Shown here in pieces: positions 40,297 to 48,926 of a stretch of 64,000 bases of DNA. The DNA lies in contig DITN01000087.1 in the NCBI GenBank assembly GCA_002422865.1, positions 25,084 to 89,083 on the forward strand, given 5' to 3'. Within the stretch, counting starts at the first letter, position 1, and the number at the start of each line of letters is the position of its first letter. The translations under genes and the position numbers were made by a program. The notes beneath the pieces were generated by a model. That model ran no database searches and had not been told where the DNA came from. It saw only the letters and a list, made by a program, of their open reading frames with translations. This stretch comes from Bacteroidetes bacterium UBA6183 (GTDB lineage Bacteria > Bacteroidota > Bacteroidia > UKL13-3).

Positions 40297-41080
40297 TAAG
40301 CAGTTTTGGACATTTTGTTGTTTATTATTAATTGTTGCTGCTAACAGTTGTAAAAGCAAAAAAGTAGTAGCCACAAAACCCGTAGAAACTAAATTACCAC
40401 AACAAGGCCCTACCCCAACAGAGGTTGTGTTAAATACCATTGATGCCAATACCAACAACTTTTCTTTTTATCAAAGCAGAGCTAAAGTCAATTATAAAGA
40501 TGATAAACAGAAGGTTGAGTTGGATGTTAACCTGATAATGGAAAAAGACCAATACATCTGGATGAGTGTAACTGCGGTATTGGGTATTGAGGTAGCCAGA
40601 ATTATGATAACCCAAGACAGTGTTAAAATTTTGGATCGACTTCATCGTAAATACATTGCTACTGATTTTGATTACATACAACGTATGAGTAATGTGCCTT
40701 TAAAACTCAATAATCTTCAAAATCTTATTGTAGGAAATACCGTTTTTAACAACAGTGTACAAAAAAGTGTAGTCGATACTATTTTGGGTGCATTATCGGT
40801 TTCAACCCTAATAAATACACAAAAGCAAACCACCTTTTACAACACTAACTACAAGGTAAACCGCACTTTAATAGCAGAACAAAACCAATCGCGCCAACTT
40901 AATATTACCTACCCTACTTACGCTACTTTTAACCAAAATATGTACCCAAGTGCTTTGAATATTAACATACGGGCAGAAAAAAATATAGAATGTACCTTTG
41001 AACTGAGCAACTTTGTGTTTACTAAAAAGCGCGAAACACAATTTACAGTTCCATCGGGGTATGAAGTGGTTAAACCATAA
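40289..41080 (+). CDS. outer-membrane lipoprotein, DUF4292/LolB-like (hypothetical)
   Basis: Lipobox 'LLIVAANSC'. About 263 aa. Lies in the conserved TPR/lipoprotein/M23 gene order seen in Bacteroidetes. Confidence 0.6.
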   Translation: MSNKQFWTFCCLLLIVAANSCKSKKVVATKPVETKLPQQGPTPTEVVLNTIDANTNNFSFYQSRAKVNYKDDKQKVELDVNLIMEKDQYIWMSVTAVLGIEVARIMITQDSVKILDRLHRKYIATDFDYIQRMSNVPLKLNNLQNLIVGNTVFNNSVQKSVVDTILGALSVSTLINTQKQTTFYNTNYKVNRTLIAEQNQSRQLNITYPTYATFNQNMYPSALNINIRAEKNIECTFELSNFVFTKKRETQFTVPSGYEVVKP

Positions 41081-42371
41081 AACATTATTTTTACTTATTT
41101 TAAGCCTATTAGTGGTTTGTGTAAACGGCCAACAAGGGAACTATGCCAATCAACGTAAAGCATTAGAAAATCAGCGCAAGGAACTGGTTAAAAAAATTCA
41201 GGAAACCAAAAAGGTTTTAGAAGATACGCGTAAAAAACAAAACAAAACACTTGCTGATTTACAGTTAATTAGTCGCCAAATAGAAAACCGCGAAAAAGTT
41301 ATTAATACCGTGGCTGATGAAATTGCCATGCTCGAAAAACAAATTATAGAGCAACAAGTAGTAATTAGCAACCTTCGCGATGACATTACCCGCCTTAAAC
41401 AAGATTATGGAAAAAGCCTTTTAGGTGCTTACAAACAACGTAATGTGTACGATAAGGTGATGTTTATTTTTGCAGCTCAAAGTTTTAACCAAGCCATTAA
41501 ACGGATACAATATCTTAATCAGTTGGGCGATTACCGCAAACATCAAGCGGAATTAATACAACACACCCAACAACAAATTATACAGGAACTGAATGAGATT
41601 ATTGCGGCCAAACGAGAAAAACAAGGCTTGATTGTGCTAAAAGAGGCAGAGAGAAAAGAACTTGAGGTTGATAAAAAAGAAGAAAGTGCTGTATTAGTAA
41701 AACTACAAGAGCGTGAAAAAGAATTGCGCAGAACATTGGCTGAAAACGAACGTGCAGCGCGCAAGTTAAACGATGCCATTGCCGATTTGATTCAGAAGGA
41801 AATTGCTGCTGCCCGCAAAAAAGAAGAAGAAGCGCGTAAACGAGAAGCTGCCGCCAAACCAAAAACTACAACCGGTGGTACAAAACCAAAAACCACAGAA
41901 GCCGCTAAACCAAAAACAGCAGCAGGTGATATGTATTTAACACCAGAGGCACAACGTTTATCAAACGATTTTGAGAGCAATAAAAATAACTTGCCATGGC
42001 CGGTTGAACGCGGTACGTTAGCAGAAAAATTTGGTACACATGCCCATCCTACGCTTAAGGGTGTTATGGTTAACAATAATGGTGTTGACATTCAAACACA
42101 ACCTGGAAGCCAAGTTAGAAGCGTGTTTAAAGGAACTGTTAAATCTATTTTCTCTATTCCGGGTATGGGTAAAATTGTGCTAATTAGCCACGGAAAATAC
42201 TATACGGCCTATGCTAAATTGGCTTCGGTAAACGTTAAAGAAGGACAAACTGTTGATACACGAGAAACTATTGGAACCGTGCTTACCAACGATGAAGACG
42301 AAACTGAGGTACACTTAGAGATTTGGAAAGTTCAGGAAAAGCAAAACCCTGAATTGTGGTTGAAGAATTAA
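41061..42371 (+). CDS. peptidase M23 family protein (EnvC-like murein hydrolase activator) with N-terminal coiled-coil
   Basis: Signal peptide 'MKWLNHKTLFLLILSLLVVC'. A long coiled-coil follows. The C-terminal LytM/M23 domain is 'GVDIQTQPGSQVRSVFKGTV...GKIVLISHGKYYTAY'. Confidence 0.85.
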   Translation: MKWLNHKTLFLLILSLLVVCVNGQQGNYANQRKALENQRKELVKKIQETKKVLEDTRKKQNKTLADLQLISRQIENREKVINTVADEIAMLEKQIIEQQVVISNLRDDITRLKQDYGKSLLGAYKQRNVYDKVMFIFAAQSFNQAIKRIQYLNQLGDYRKHQAELIQHTQQQIIQELNEIIAAKREKQGLIVLKEAERKELEVDKKEESAVLVKLQEREKELRRTLAENERAARKLNDAIADLIQKEIAAARKKEEEARKREAAAKPKTTTGGTKPKTTEAAKPKTAAGDMYLTPEAQRLSNDFESNKNNLPWPVERGTLAEKFGTHAHPTLKGVMVNNNGVDIQTQPGSQVRSVFKGTVKSIFSIPGMGKIVLISHGKYYTAYAKLASVNVKEGQTVDTRETIGTVLTNDEDETEVHLEIWKVQEKQNPELWLKN

Positions 42372-42407
42372 CACAAATATCTACACGGTTTATTAACTTG
42401 CACTAGC

Positions 42408-43874
42408 ATGAAAAACCATTCGCTTACCCTTACCTGTTTATTACTACTCTTGTTTGTACACAGCAAAGCACAAACAGTTGAGTGGGGCAATCAACAAAAA
42501 ACAAAAGCTAAATATAACTACACACAAGTGTTGGGCGAAAACGGCTCCGGTATTTTTTTAGCTCGGGCACGTAACAGCGACTTTAGACGCGATATCCAAA
42601 TAGAAAAATACAAGAACAACCTTGCACTGGATTTTGTAAAAGACCTGCCACAAGCAGAAAACTCATGGTTAGAGCGTGTAATTGTGCACGAGAACGGATT
42701 GTTTCAGTTCAACACGTTAAAAAACATTTCAGGTAAAGTTGAAATTCAACTTCAGCAAGTTGACAACAACATCAATCTAGTTAGTACAAAAACGTTAGTA
42801 TCTGTTGATGGAAATTTAAGCCCTGATAAAAGGGTGTTTATCCGTTCATCATCAGACAAAAAAAATTACGCTATTTTGTTTGTAACCCAAGGCAGTGATA
42901 AAAATAAAAGTATATTAAACATGTTCGGGTTTGATGCGACATTGGGCGCCAAATACACCCGCAGGTTTAGTCTAGACTATGCTGCTGAAGATGTTTTTGT
43001 AAGCCATATGGAGTGTGATAATGATGGTAACGCATTTGCACTAATTGATTTTCCTAAGGATGGTAGAAAACCTCGAGATTACAGACCCAGAAACTATTTT
43101 CTGTACGCCTATTTTACGGCCAACGATAACATGTTGGAGTTTGCCATTGGCAAAGACTCCCTTTTCGTAAATGAACTTTCGTTGGTTGTAAATAATTATG
43201 CAAAAACAGTAAATGTTGCGGGTTTTTACAGCGATAAATCTGATAATAAATCATTGGGAACGGTGTACTTTAAATTGGATGTTGCAACGGCAGACATGAC
43301 CGTAAAACGTTTCGATCCTATTGACCTAAGCTTTAGTAGCAAGGTTGCCGGAACCATGCAAAACGAGCGTAAACCAATTTTAACAGATTTATACGTTAGA
43401 AGAATTATACCTAACAGCGATGGCGGTTGCACCATAATTGCAGAAAAATACTACGAAACCAAACAGTCGTATACCTACAACCTAAACGGATTTCCGCAAA
43501 CCAGTTATAAAACAGTTTACAATTATGACGAAATTGTAATTATTGCAAAAAATGCTGATGGCAGCGAACGTTTCCGGCATTTTATTAAAAAAACACAATC
43601 CAGCATGAATGATGGTGGTTATTATTCCTCGTTTGTAACCACCTTAAGCAACGATAAAATTGGTATTGTATATAACGTTGATGTAGTTAATGAAGGTGAT
43701 GTGATGTTGGCCACCATAGCCACAAATGGTGAAGTAGAGAGCAAAGTGCTCATTAAATCAATGAGTTATTTTGTAACCATTATGCCTCCGGAGTCTCGCC
43801 AAGTTTCAGCAAGATCAATTATCATTCCTACATCAAAAGACCGAAGGTTTTGTTTAATGAGGTTGAATTTTTAA
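42408..43874 (+). CDS. hypothetical secreted protein
   Basis: Signal peptide 'LTCLLLLLFVHSKAQ'. 488 aa with no recognised domain. Confidence 0.6.
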   Translation: MKNHSLTLTCLLLLLFVHSKAQTVEWGNQQKTKAKYNYTQVLGENGSGIFLARARNSDFRRDIQIEKYKNNLALDFVKDLPQAENSWLERVIVHENGLFQFNTLKNISGKVEIQLQQVDNNINLVSTKTLVSVDGNLSPDKRVFIRSSSDKKNYAILFVTQGSDKNKSILNMFGFDATLGAKYTRRFSLDYAAEDVFVSHMECDNDGNAFALIDFPKDGRKPRDYRPRNYFLYAYFTANDNMLEFAIGKDSLFVNELSLVVNNYAKTVNVAGFYSDKSDNKSLGTVYFKLDVATADMTVKRFDPIDLSFSSKVAGTMQNERKPILTDLYVRRIIPNSDGGCTIIAEKYYETKQSYTYNLNGFPQTSYKTVYNYDEIVIIAKNADGSERFRHFIKKTQSSMNDGGYYSSFVTTLSNDKIGIVYNVDVVNEGDVMLATIATNGEVESKVLIKSMSYFVTIMPPESRQVSARSIIIPTSKDRRFCLMRLNF

Positions 43875-44000
43875 CCCGCCACAGTTTTATATTTCAATTT
43901 TTAACGGTTAAAAACACCATTCTTAACCCGTTTATATTTTTAATTTACCATTATGATTAATGCTTACATTTAGCATATTTTGCACCGTAAATTATAGCAC

Positions 44001-44981
44001 GTGTTAAACCTCTTTAGACAAAACTCTTTATTAGCCGGTATAATGCTGTTTGTATTAACAGTATTGCTGCGGTTGCCTGCATTTACTACAATGCCTAAAT
44101 ACGAGTTTATTCAAAATGCCCCATTTGCACGTTTAACTTTTGGTTTTATTGCAGCCCTACCTAATGCTTATTTGTGGAGTTTTATAATAGCAACAGCTTT
44201 GGTGTTTTTGCAAGCCATGTTTATTAACTACATCGTTTATTCGCAAAGTATATTGTACAAAAATACTTTCATGCCAGGTTTGTTTTATATTTTACTTAAC
44301 AGCTTTTTTATACAACAAACCGAACTAACACCACAACTTATTTCAAACACCTTTGTTCTTTTATTATTACAACGTTTGTGTTACCTATACGAATCAAAGA
44401 ACCCGCTTTTAGTTGTGCTAGATACCGGTTTATACCTTGGTGTTGGCATTCTATTTAATTACGATTTATTATTGTTTTTGCCTTTTATTTTAATCAGCGT
44501 AATTATTTTCACTTCATTTAACTTGCGTTATTTAATTGTATCTGTTCTAGGAATTTGTATACCGCTGTATTTTACAGGAATATACTTTTATGTAACCAAT
44601 AGGTATGACGAACTCCTTTTATACATTGTACAAAGTTTTGAGTATAAACAACTAAAACCGATAGAAACAAACTGGGTGAGGTTGTTGCCTTGGGTTATTA
44701 TCTTACCTGTTACGGTGGTATCTGTTTTTAACTTACAGCAAAACTTTTTTCGTAACAAAGTAAAAACCCGCAGGATTATTCAAAGTATTTATTTGATGTT
44801 GTTCTTTGGCATAGCAGGATTGTTTTTTGAAAATGTAAATTACCTGTATGCATTGGTTTATTTGAGCGTTCCAACCAGCATTGTAGTGGCTTATTATTTT
44901 ATAAGCGACAAACGATTTTTACTTAAGGAAGTGCTTTTTTTTACTTTACTTGGGCTAGCGATATATTATCAGTTGGGCTAG
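44001..44981 (+). CDS. hypothetical polytopic membrane protein (GTG start)
   Basis: About 8 predicted transmembrane segments. 326 aa. Confidence 0.6.
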   Translation: MLNLFRQNSLLAGIMLFVLTVLLRLPAFTTMPKYEFIQNAPFARLTFGFIAALPNAYLWSFIIATALVFLQAMFINYIVYSQSILYKNTFMPGLFYILLNSFFIQQTELTPQLISNTFVLLLLQRLCYLYESKNPLLVVLDTGLYLGVGILFNYDLLLFLPFILISVIIFTSFNLRYLIVSVLGICIPLYFTGIYFYVTNRYDELLLYIVQSFEYKQLKPIETNWVRLLPWVIILPVTVVSVFNLQQNFFRNKVKTRRIIQSIYLMLFFGIAGLFFENVNYLYALVYLSVPTSIVVAYYFISDKRFLLKEVLFFTLLGLAIYYQLG

Positions 44982-45670
44982 CGGTTAATTAGAGCTATTA
45001 GCTGCTTTTTATAGCTTGCTCCCATCGTTATGTCGGTTCCGTTTGTTAACAATATTGAGTTACCATCAATCGATTTAATAAACTTTGTATTAACCACAAC
45101 ACTTCTGTGCACTTGCATAAAAATAGATTGTGGTAAGTCAGGAATAATGTGCTTTAAACGCTGATAAACCATTACGGACCTATCTCCTATCAAGTTAAAT
45201 CTTATATACTCACCTTCTGCGTTTACATGTGTAATTTCATTAAAAAACAATTGCTGGTATTTGTTTCTACCCGTTTGTAAAAAGAAAGAGTCCGGTAGGG
45301 GTTTATAATCATTTAGGCTGATTCTTTTGTAAGCCCTTTCTAGTGCAGTTAAGGCGTGCTCTGGCTTAATGGGTTTTTGTATAAAATGTAACACATCGTA
45401 CTCAAAAGCCTGCATGGCATATTTAGGATAATTAGAAATTACTACTATGGCTGGCTTAATGGCCAAGGGTTTTATTAAGTCGAAGGCATTACTGCCATTT
45501 AGTTCCACATCAAGAAATAAAAGGTCAAACTTATTATTGGTTATGGTTTCTATCCATAAATCAGGAGTAATAACTTTTGGAAACAACAAAAACCGACTAT
45601 CTGTTTGAATAATGTTTTTCAACAATCGAACATCTTTTTCCTCGTCTTCAACAATAGCGCATTTAATCAT
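44978..45670 (-). CDS. LytTR-family two-component response regulator
   Basis: Receiver domain 'MIKCAIVEDEE...LLFLDVELNGSNAFDLI'. The C-terminal LytTR domain is 'ITHVNAEGEYIRFNL...'. Confidence 0.88.
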   Translation of the reverse strand: MIKCAIVEDEEKDVRLLKNIIQTDSRFLLFPKVITPDLWIETITNNKFDLLFLDVELNGSNAFDLIKPLAIKPAIVVISNYPKYAMQAFEYDVLHFIQKPIKPEHALTALERAYKRISLNDYKPLPDSFFLQTGRNKYQQLFFNEITHVNAEGEYIRFNLIGDRSVMVYQRLKHIIPDLPQSIFMQVHRSVVVNTKFIKSIDGNSILLTNGTDITMGASYKKQLIALINR

Positions 45671-45844
45671 TTTACAGGGGTTTGTTGCGAATATGCAATA
45701 TTATTAAAACAACAACATTAACTTAACTCGAGTTTAGTTATTTGTATTTAATACTTCATTGAACGTTTTAAACATTTGATTGTGCTTAATGGCTGTTTTA
45801 TTGAAAATGTTTTTTTACAACTAAATATTTCAGAAATTGAAAAA

Positions 45845-47512
45845 ATGAAACCCAAAGTTATATCCTTTCTTATACTAATTATCGCTCTGCACACCAAAGC
45901 AATTGGCCAATATGTTTGGTTTAGCGGATATAGCTACAATGCACCATTTTTATTGAATCAAAAAAAAGAAGTATTGTTTAATCGTGCTGAAAACAAAAAC
46001 ACATGGAGTGCATTATACAATAAAATATCCTTGGCCAATTTATATTGGTTAAATAGAGATTATGCCGGCTGTAAACAACATTTATTGGGCGCTTTATCGT
46101 TTGCAGAACAACGTTTAACTAAAGAGGATTTATTAATTTTTAGCATTAAAATTAATCACCTGATTTGGGAAAGGGCTCTTTTTGAGGGCCGATGGGAAGA
46201 AGCGCTTGATCGAACCAACTCCAATAAAAAATTTATTCATCATCCATTGGGCGATGCACTTTATCAGTATCAAACTTATATCATGATGGCCAAGGGTGAT
46301 GTAGCATTTATTGAATCCGATAAAAAGATAATGAGTAAATTAAAGCAAAGTTTAGTTGAACTCAACTTACCCAAAATGGCACTCTCTATGGCTATGCAGG
46401 AGTATCACCATCAATTTATTAGTAAAGTAGCGTTATCCGAATTCATAAATAAACTACCCGAACCTATTAAACATGTTGGAGCGCTGGAAATGTATTACCA
46501 AACCAAATCAAAGTCGAAAATAGAATTGGTAGAAATATTCAATAAACTACCACATTACGACTATATATCAACTTTTAGGGCTAGTGTTGAGCTGATGAAG
46601 TTTTATGCTTCAGAGCAAAATATTGATTCGTTTTATTACTTTCAACAAAAGGCCCAAACCTTAACTAAGTATTTGGCCGATGCAGATGCAGATAATCACT
46701 ACAACACAACCATCTCAAACCTTTTTGAGCAACGCCTAATAACAACCGACAGCAGTTTATTGGTAGATGCAAAACCATGGAGAACCGAGACACGAGTTGG
46801 TATTTACAACCATTACAATAACCTAAGAATTGAAGAAGTAAACCAACGCTATTTAAAACAACTAAATACCACCAAATGGTTATTAATAGCGCTTTTCATA
46901 GCTACAATAGCATTGGTAGTGGTACTTTTTAAAATTGTAAAAAGCCAACAACAACTCAAGCGTTTAAACCAATTTAGAAATCAGTTTGTATTTGCCTTGT
47001 CGCATGATTTAAACGCCACACTCGCAGCCATAGAAGAACAATCAGATAAAAATACCGAAGCGTTATTATTTGAACACCGCATGATGTTAGATGATACGTT
47101 GCTGTGGGCAAAAAGTGCAAACCAACATAACAGCATAACAACAGATACCTGTAGCTTATCTGATTTGGTTCACGAAACGTTGGAGCAATTAGGCAGTTTA
47201 CTTTTACAAAAAAAAATTAAGGTTAATTGGGTTAGCGATGATGACCAAGCCATAACCATAAACAAAAATGCCATGCTGGTGGTGGTAAGAAACATTTTAT
47301 TAAACGCTATAAAACACAACACCCGAAATGGTTTTGTTACCATTGATGTAGAGGCACGAAAAATTAAACTTACTAACAGCACCACACACACCATACAAAC
47401 ACAAAGCAAAACAGGCAGTTTTTTAATAAACTACTTTACTGCCATTAACAACGCTACTTATACTTTATACATCAATAAACAAGTAGCCTATACCGAAATA
47501 ATAATAAACTAA
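45845..47512 (+). CDS. sensor histidine kinase with signal peptide, large extracytoplasmic TPR-like sensor domain, one TM, HisKA and degenerate HATPase
   Basis: 'MKPKVISFLILIIALHTKAIGQ'. TM 'WLLIALFIATIALVVVLF'. H-box 'ALSHDLNATLAAIEE'. N-box 'NILLNAIKHNTRNG'. No clear G1/G2 motifs. Confidence 0.8.
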   Translation: MKPKVISFLILIIALHTKAIGQYVWFSGYSYNAPFLLNQKKEVLFNRAENKNTWSALYNKISLANLYWLNRDYAGCKQHLLGALSFAEQRLTKEDLLIFSIKINHLIWERALFEGRWEEALDRTNSNKKFIHHPLGDALYQYQTYIMMAKGDVAFIESDKKIMSKLKQSLVELNLPKMALSMAMQEYHHQFISKVALSEFINKLPEPIKHVGALEMYYQTKSKSKIELVEIFNKLPHYDYISTFRASVELMKFYASEQNIDSFYYFQQKAQTLTKYLADADADNHYNTTISNLFEQRLITTDSSLLVDAKPWRTETRVGIYNHYNNLRIEEVNQRYLKQLNTTKWLLIALFIATIALVVVLFKIVKSQQQLKRLNQFRNQFVFALSHDLNATLAAIEEQSDKNTEALLFEHRMMLDDTLLWAKSANQHNSITTDTCSLSDLVHETLEQLGSLLLQKKIKVNWVSDDDQAITINKNAMLVVVRNILLNAIKHNTRNGFVTIDVEARKIKLTNSTTHTIQTQSKTGSFLINYFTAINNATYTLYINKQVAYTEIIIN

Positions 47513-47526
47513 GAAACCAGGGCTAT

Positions 47527-47555
47527 TCGTTTGGTTGGGCGCAAACGAGTTTTTG
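47527..47555 (+). terminator. intrinsic terminator after the kinase gene
   Basis: Stem TCGTTTG/CAAACGA with loop GTTGGGCG, followed by GTTTTT. Confidence 0.6.
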
Positions 47556-47628
47556 CTGAAACATTTAATGGGTTGATTGAATAAATAACCAGCGCGTTTT
47601 TCTTTTTGGTAGTTTTAAGGAAAAAATC

Positions 47629-48066
47629 ATGGAAAAAATTCAGATTAAATCTATTCAACTAAGTAAAATTTCTCACATATCGGAAACAATTACCATCAGG
47701 TATGACAACTCTGTGAATATAATCGATGAGATGGGTGGAGAAGACTTTTTCTACATAGAATTAAACACAAAAGAAAACTGCGCAATAAAAATAAAATCCG
47801 ACCCAGAATTATCATTATCAATGCAGTTTTTATTGGCAGATTACGCTGGAATATATAGTACATATGTTGAATTAAAAAGCTTTGAAGGGATTTTTGGGAT
47901 ATCTGGAACGAGTGCTAATGGAGATTGGAGTATGGAGTTCCACGGTCAATATCTTGAAGAATCTGAAAATATTGGAGATGAAGATGCCAGTCTTATTGAA
48001 GAAGTATTAAATCCTATGGCAGTATTTGAAATCGCCAATGAAGTTTTAAATGCAGTAAGGAAGTAA
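47629..48066 (+). CDS. hypothetical acidic cytoplasmic protein (low-GC island)
   Basis: 145 aa with no signal peptide and an acidic C-terminal half. The local GC content is markedly below the rest of the window. Confidence 0.55.
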   Translation: MEKIQIKSIQLSKISHISETITIRYDNSVNIIDEMGGEDFFYIELNTKENCAIKIKSDPELSLSMQFLLADYAGIYSTYVELKSFEGIFGISGTSANGDWSMEFHGQYLEESENIGDEDASLIEEVLNPMAVFEIANEVLNAVRK

Positions 48067-48081
48067 TATTTTAATTAAAAT

Positions 48082-48875
48082 ATGAAGGCGGAATTTAGTG
48101 TATTAAACCATATATCCAAAGACAACATTGTCTTGAAAGTAAATGAAATGGTCAAACACAATCTAACAGATACTAGTCATGGATATCAAACATACAAAGA
48201 CTCTTTGATTTCATTAGCTGCACATTCTTCAGCTAAAAACTACACAAAGAAAGCCAAGAAAAGTCCTGCCATTGCCTTAATAGAAGTTGTTTTATCAGCA
48301 AACAGGAATTACAACAAAGTAGTAGAACCCAATATCAATTGTATTAGAAAAAACTATCCTGAACTTGTAACATTTAATAATCTTCAGAAGTTTATAAAAG
48401 AAACTAGTCAGGCGTCTTTTTATAAATTTTGGGGTCATGAAGACGAAAAAAATACAATACGCTAAAGGATCTATTGAAAGCAATCACTAAATTACGTTTG
48501 CAATACCCACAGCATAATTCAAACGACTTTAAACTAATGCAAGCATGGGCAAAAGATGCTTGTGTAGATAAACTAAAAGATGACACAATTGGTTCAATAC
48601 GAAATATTGGCATTGCCACATTTCAGCATTTACGGATGACATTTGGAGCCAATACTGTTAAGCCTGATTTGAGGGTGAAACAGGTATTGGAAAAGGAATT
48701 TAAATTAAAATTATTATCGGACTTAAATTCTATAAAAGCGGTTGAACAAATTGCGTTAATTATGAAACTGAGTGTTATGGAGTGTGATCAGATTTTTGTT
48801 ATGTATGGATCAAGTTATTATAACACCACTAAAAGTAAAAATAAATCATCCAAATCTAAATACAAGTGCATTTAG
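48082..48875 (+). pseudogene. HhH-GPD superfamily (endonuclease III-like DNA glycosylase) gene split into two ORFs by a frameshift in an A7 run (48446-48452)
   Basis: ORF1 'PAIALIEVVLSANRNYNKVVEPNINCIRKNYP' matches the EndoIII N-terminal helix. ORF2 'IRNIGIATFQHLRMTFGANTVKPDLRVKQVL' matches the HhH-GPD 'LPGVGxKTAxxVLxxAFG...VDTHVxRV' region. The +1 frame is open from 48441, so the two ORFs overlap across the A7 run. Confidence 0.6.
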
Positions 48876-48926
48876 TTCTTTTAGGTTAGCACAGGTATAA
48901 ATTTTAAAAATTACGATATTATAAAA

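Noticed and set aside
40159-40681. Minus-strand ORFs 40159-40458 and 40430-40681 across the TPR / DUF4292 junction
   Set aside because: They overlap strongly supported plus-strand genes and the lipoprotein signal sequence. Their translations are low complexity.
41198-42091. Multiple minus-strand ORFs inside the M23 peptidase coiled-coil region
   Set aside because: The coiled-coil coding sequence (AAG/GAA-rich) produces open antisense frames with Ser/Leu-rich translations. These are shadow ORFs.
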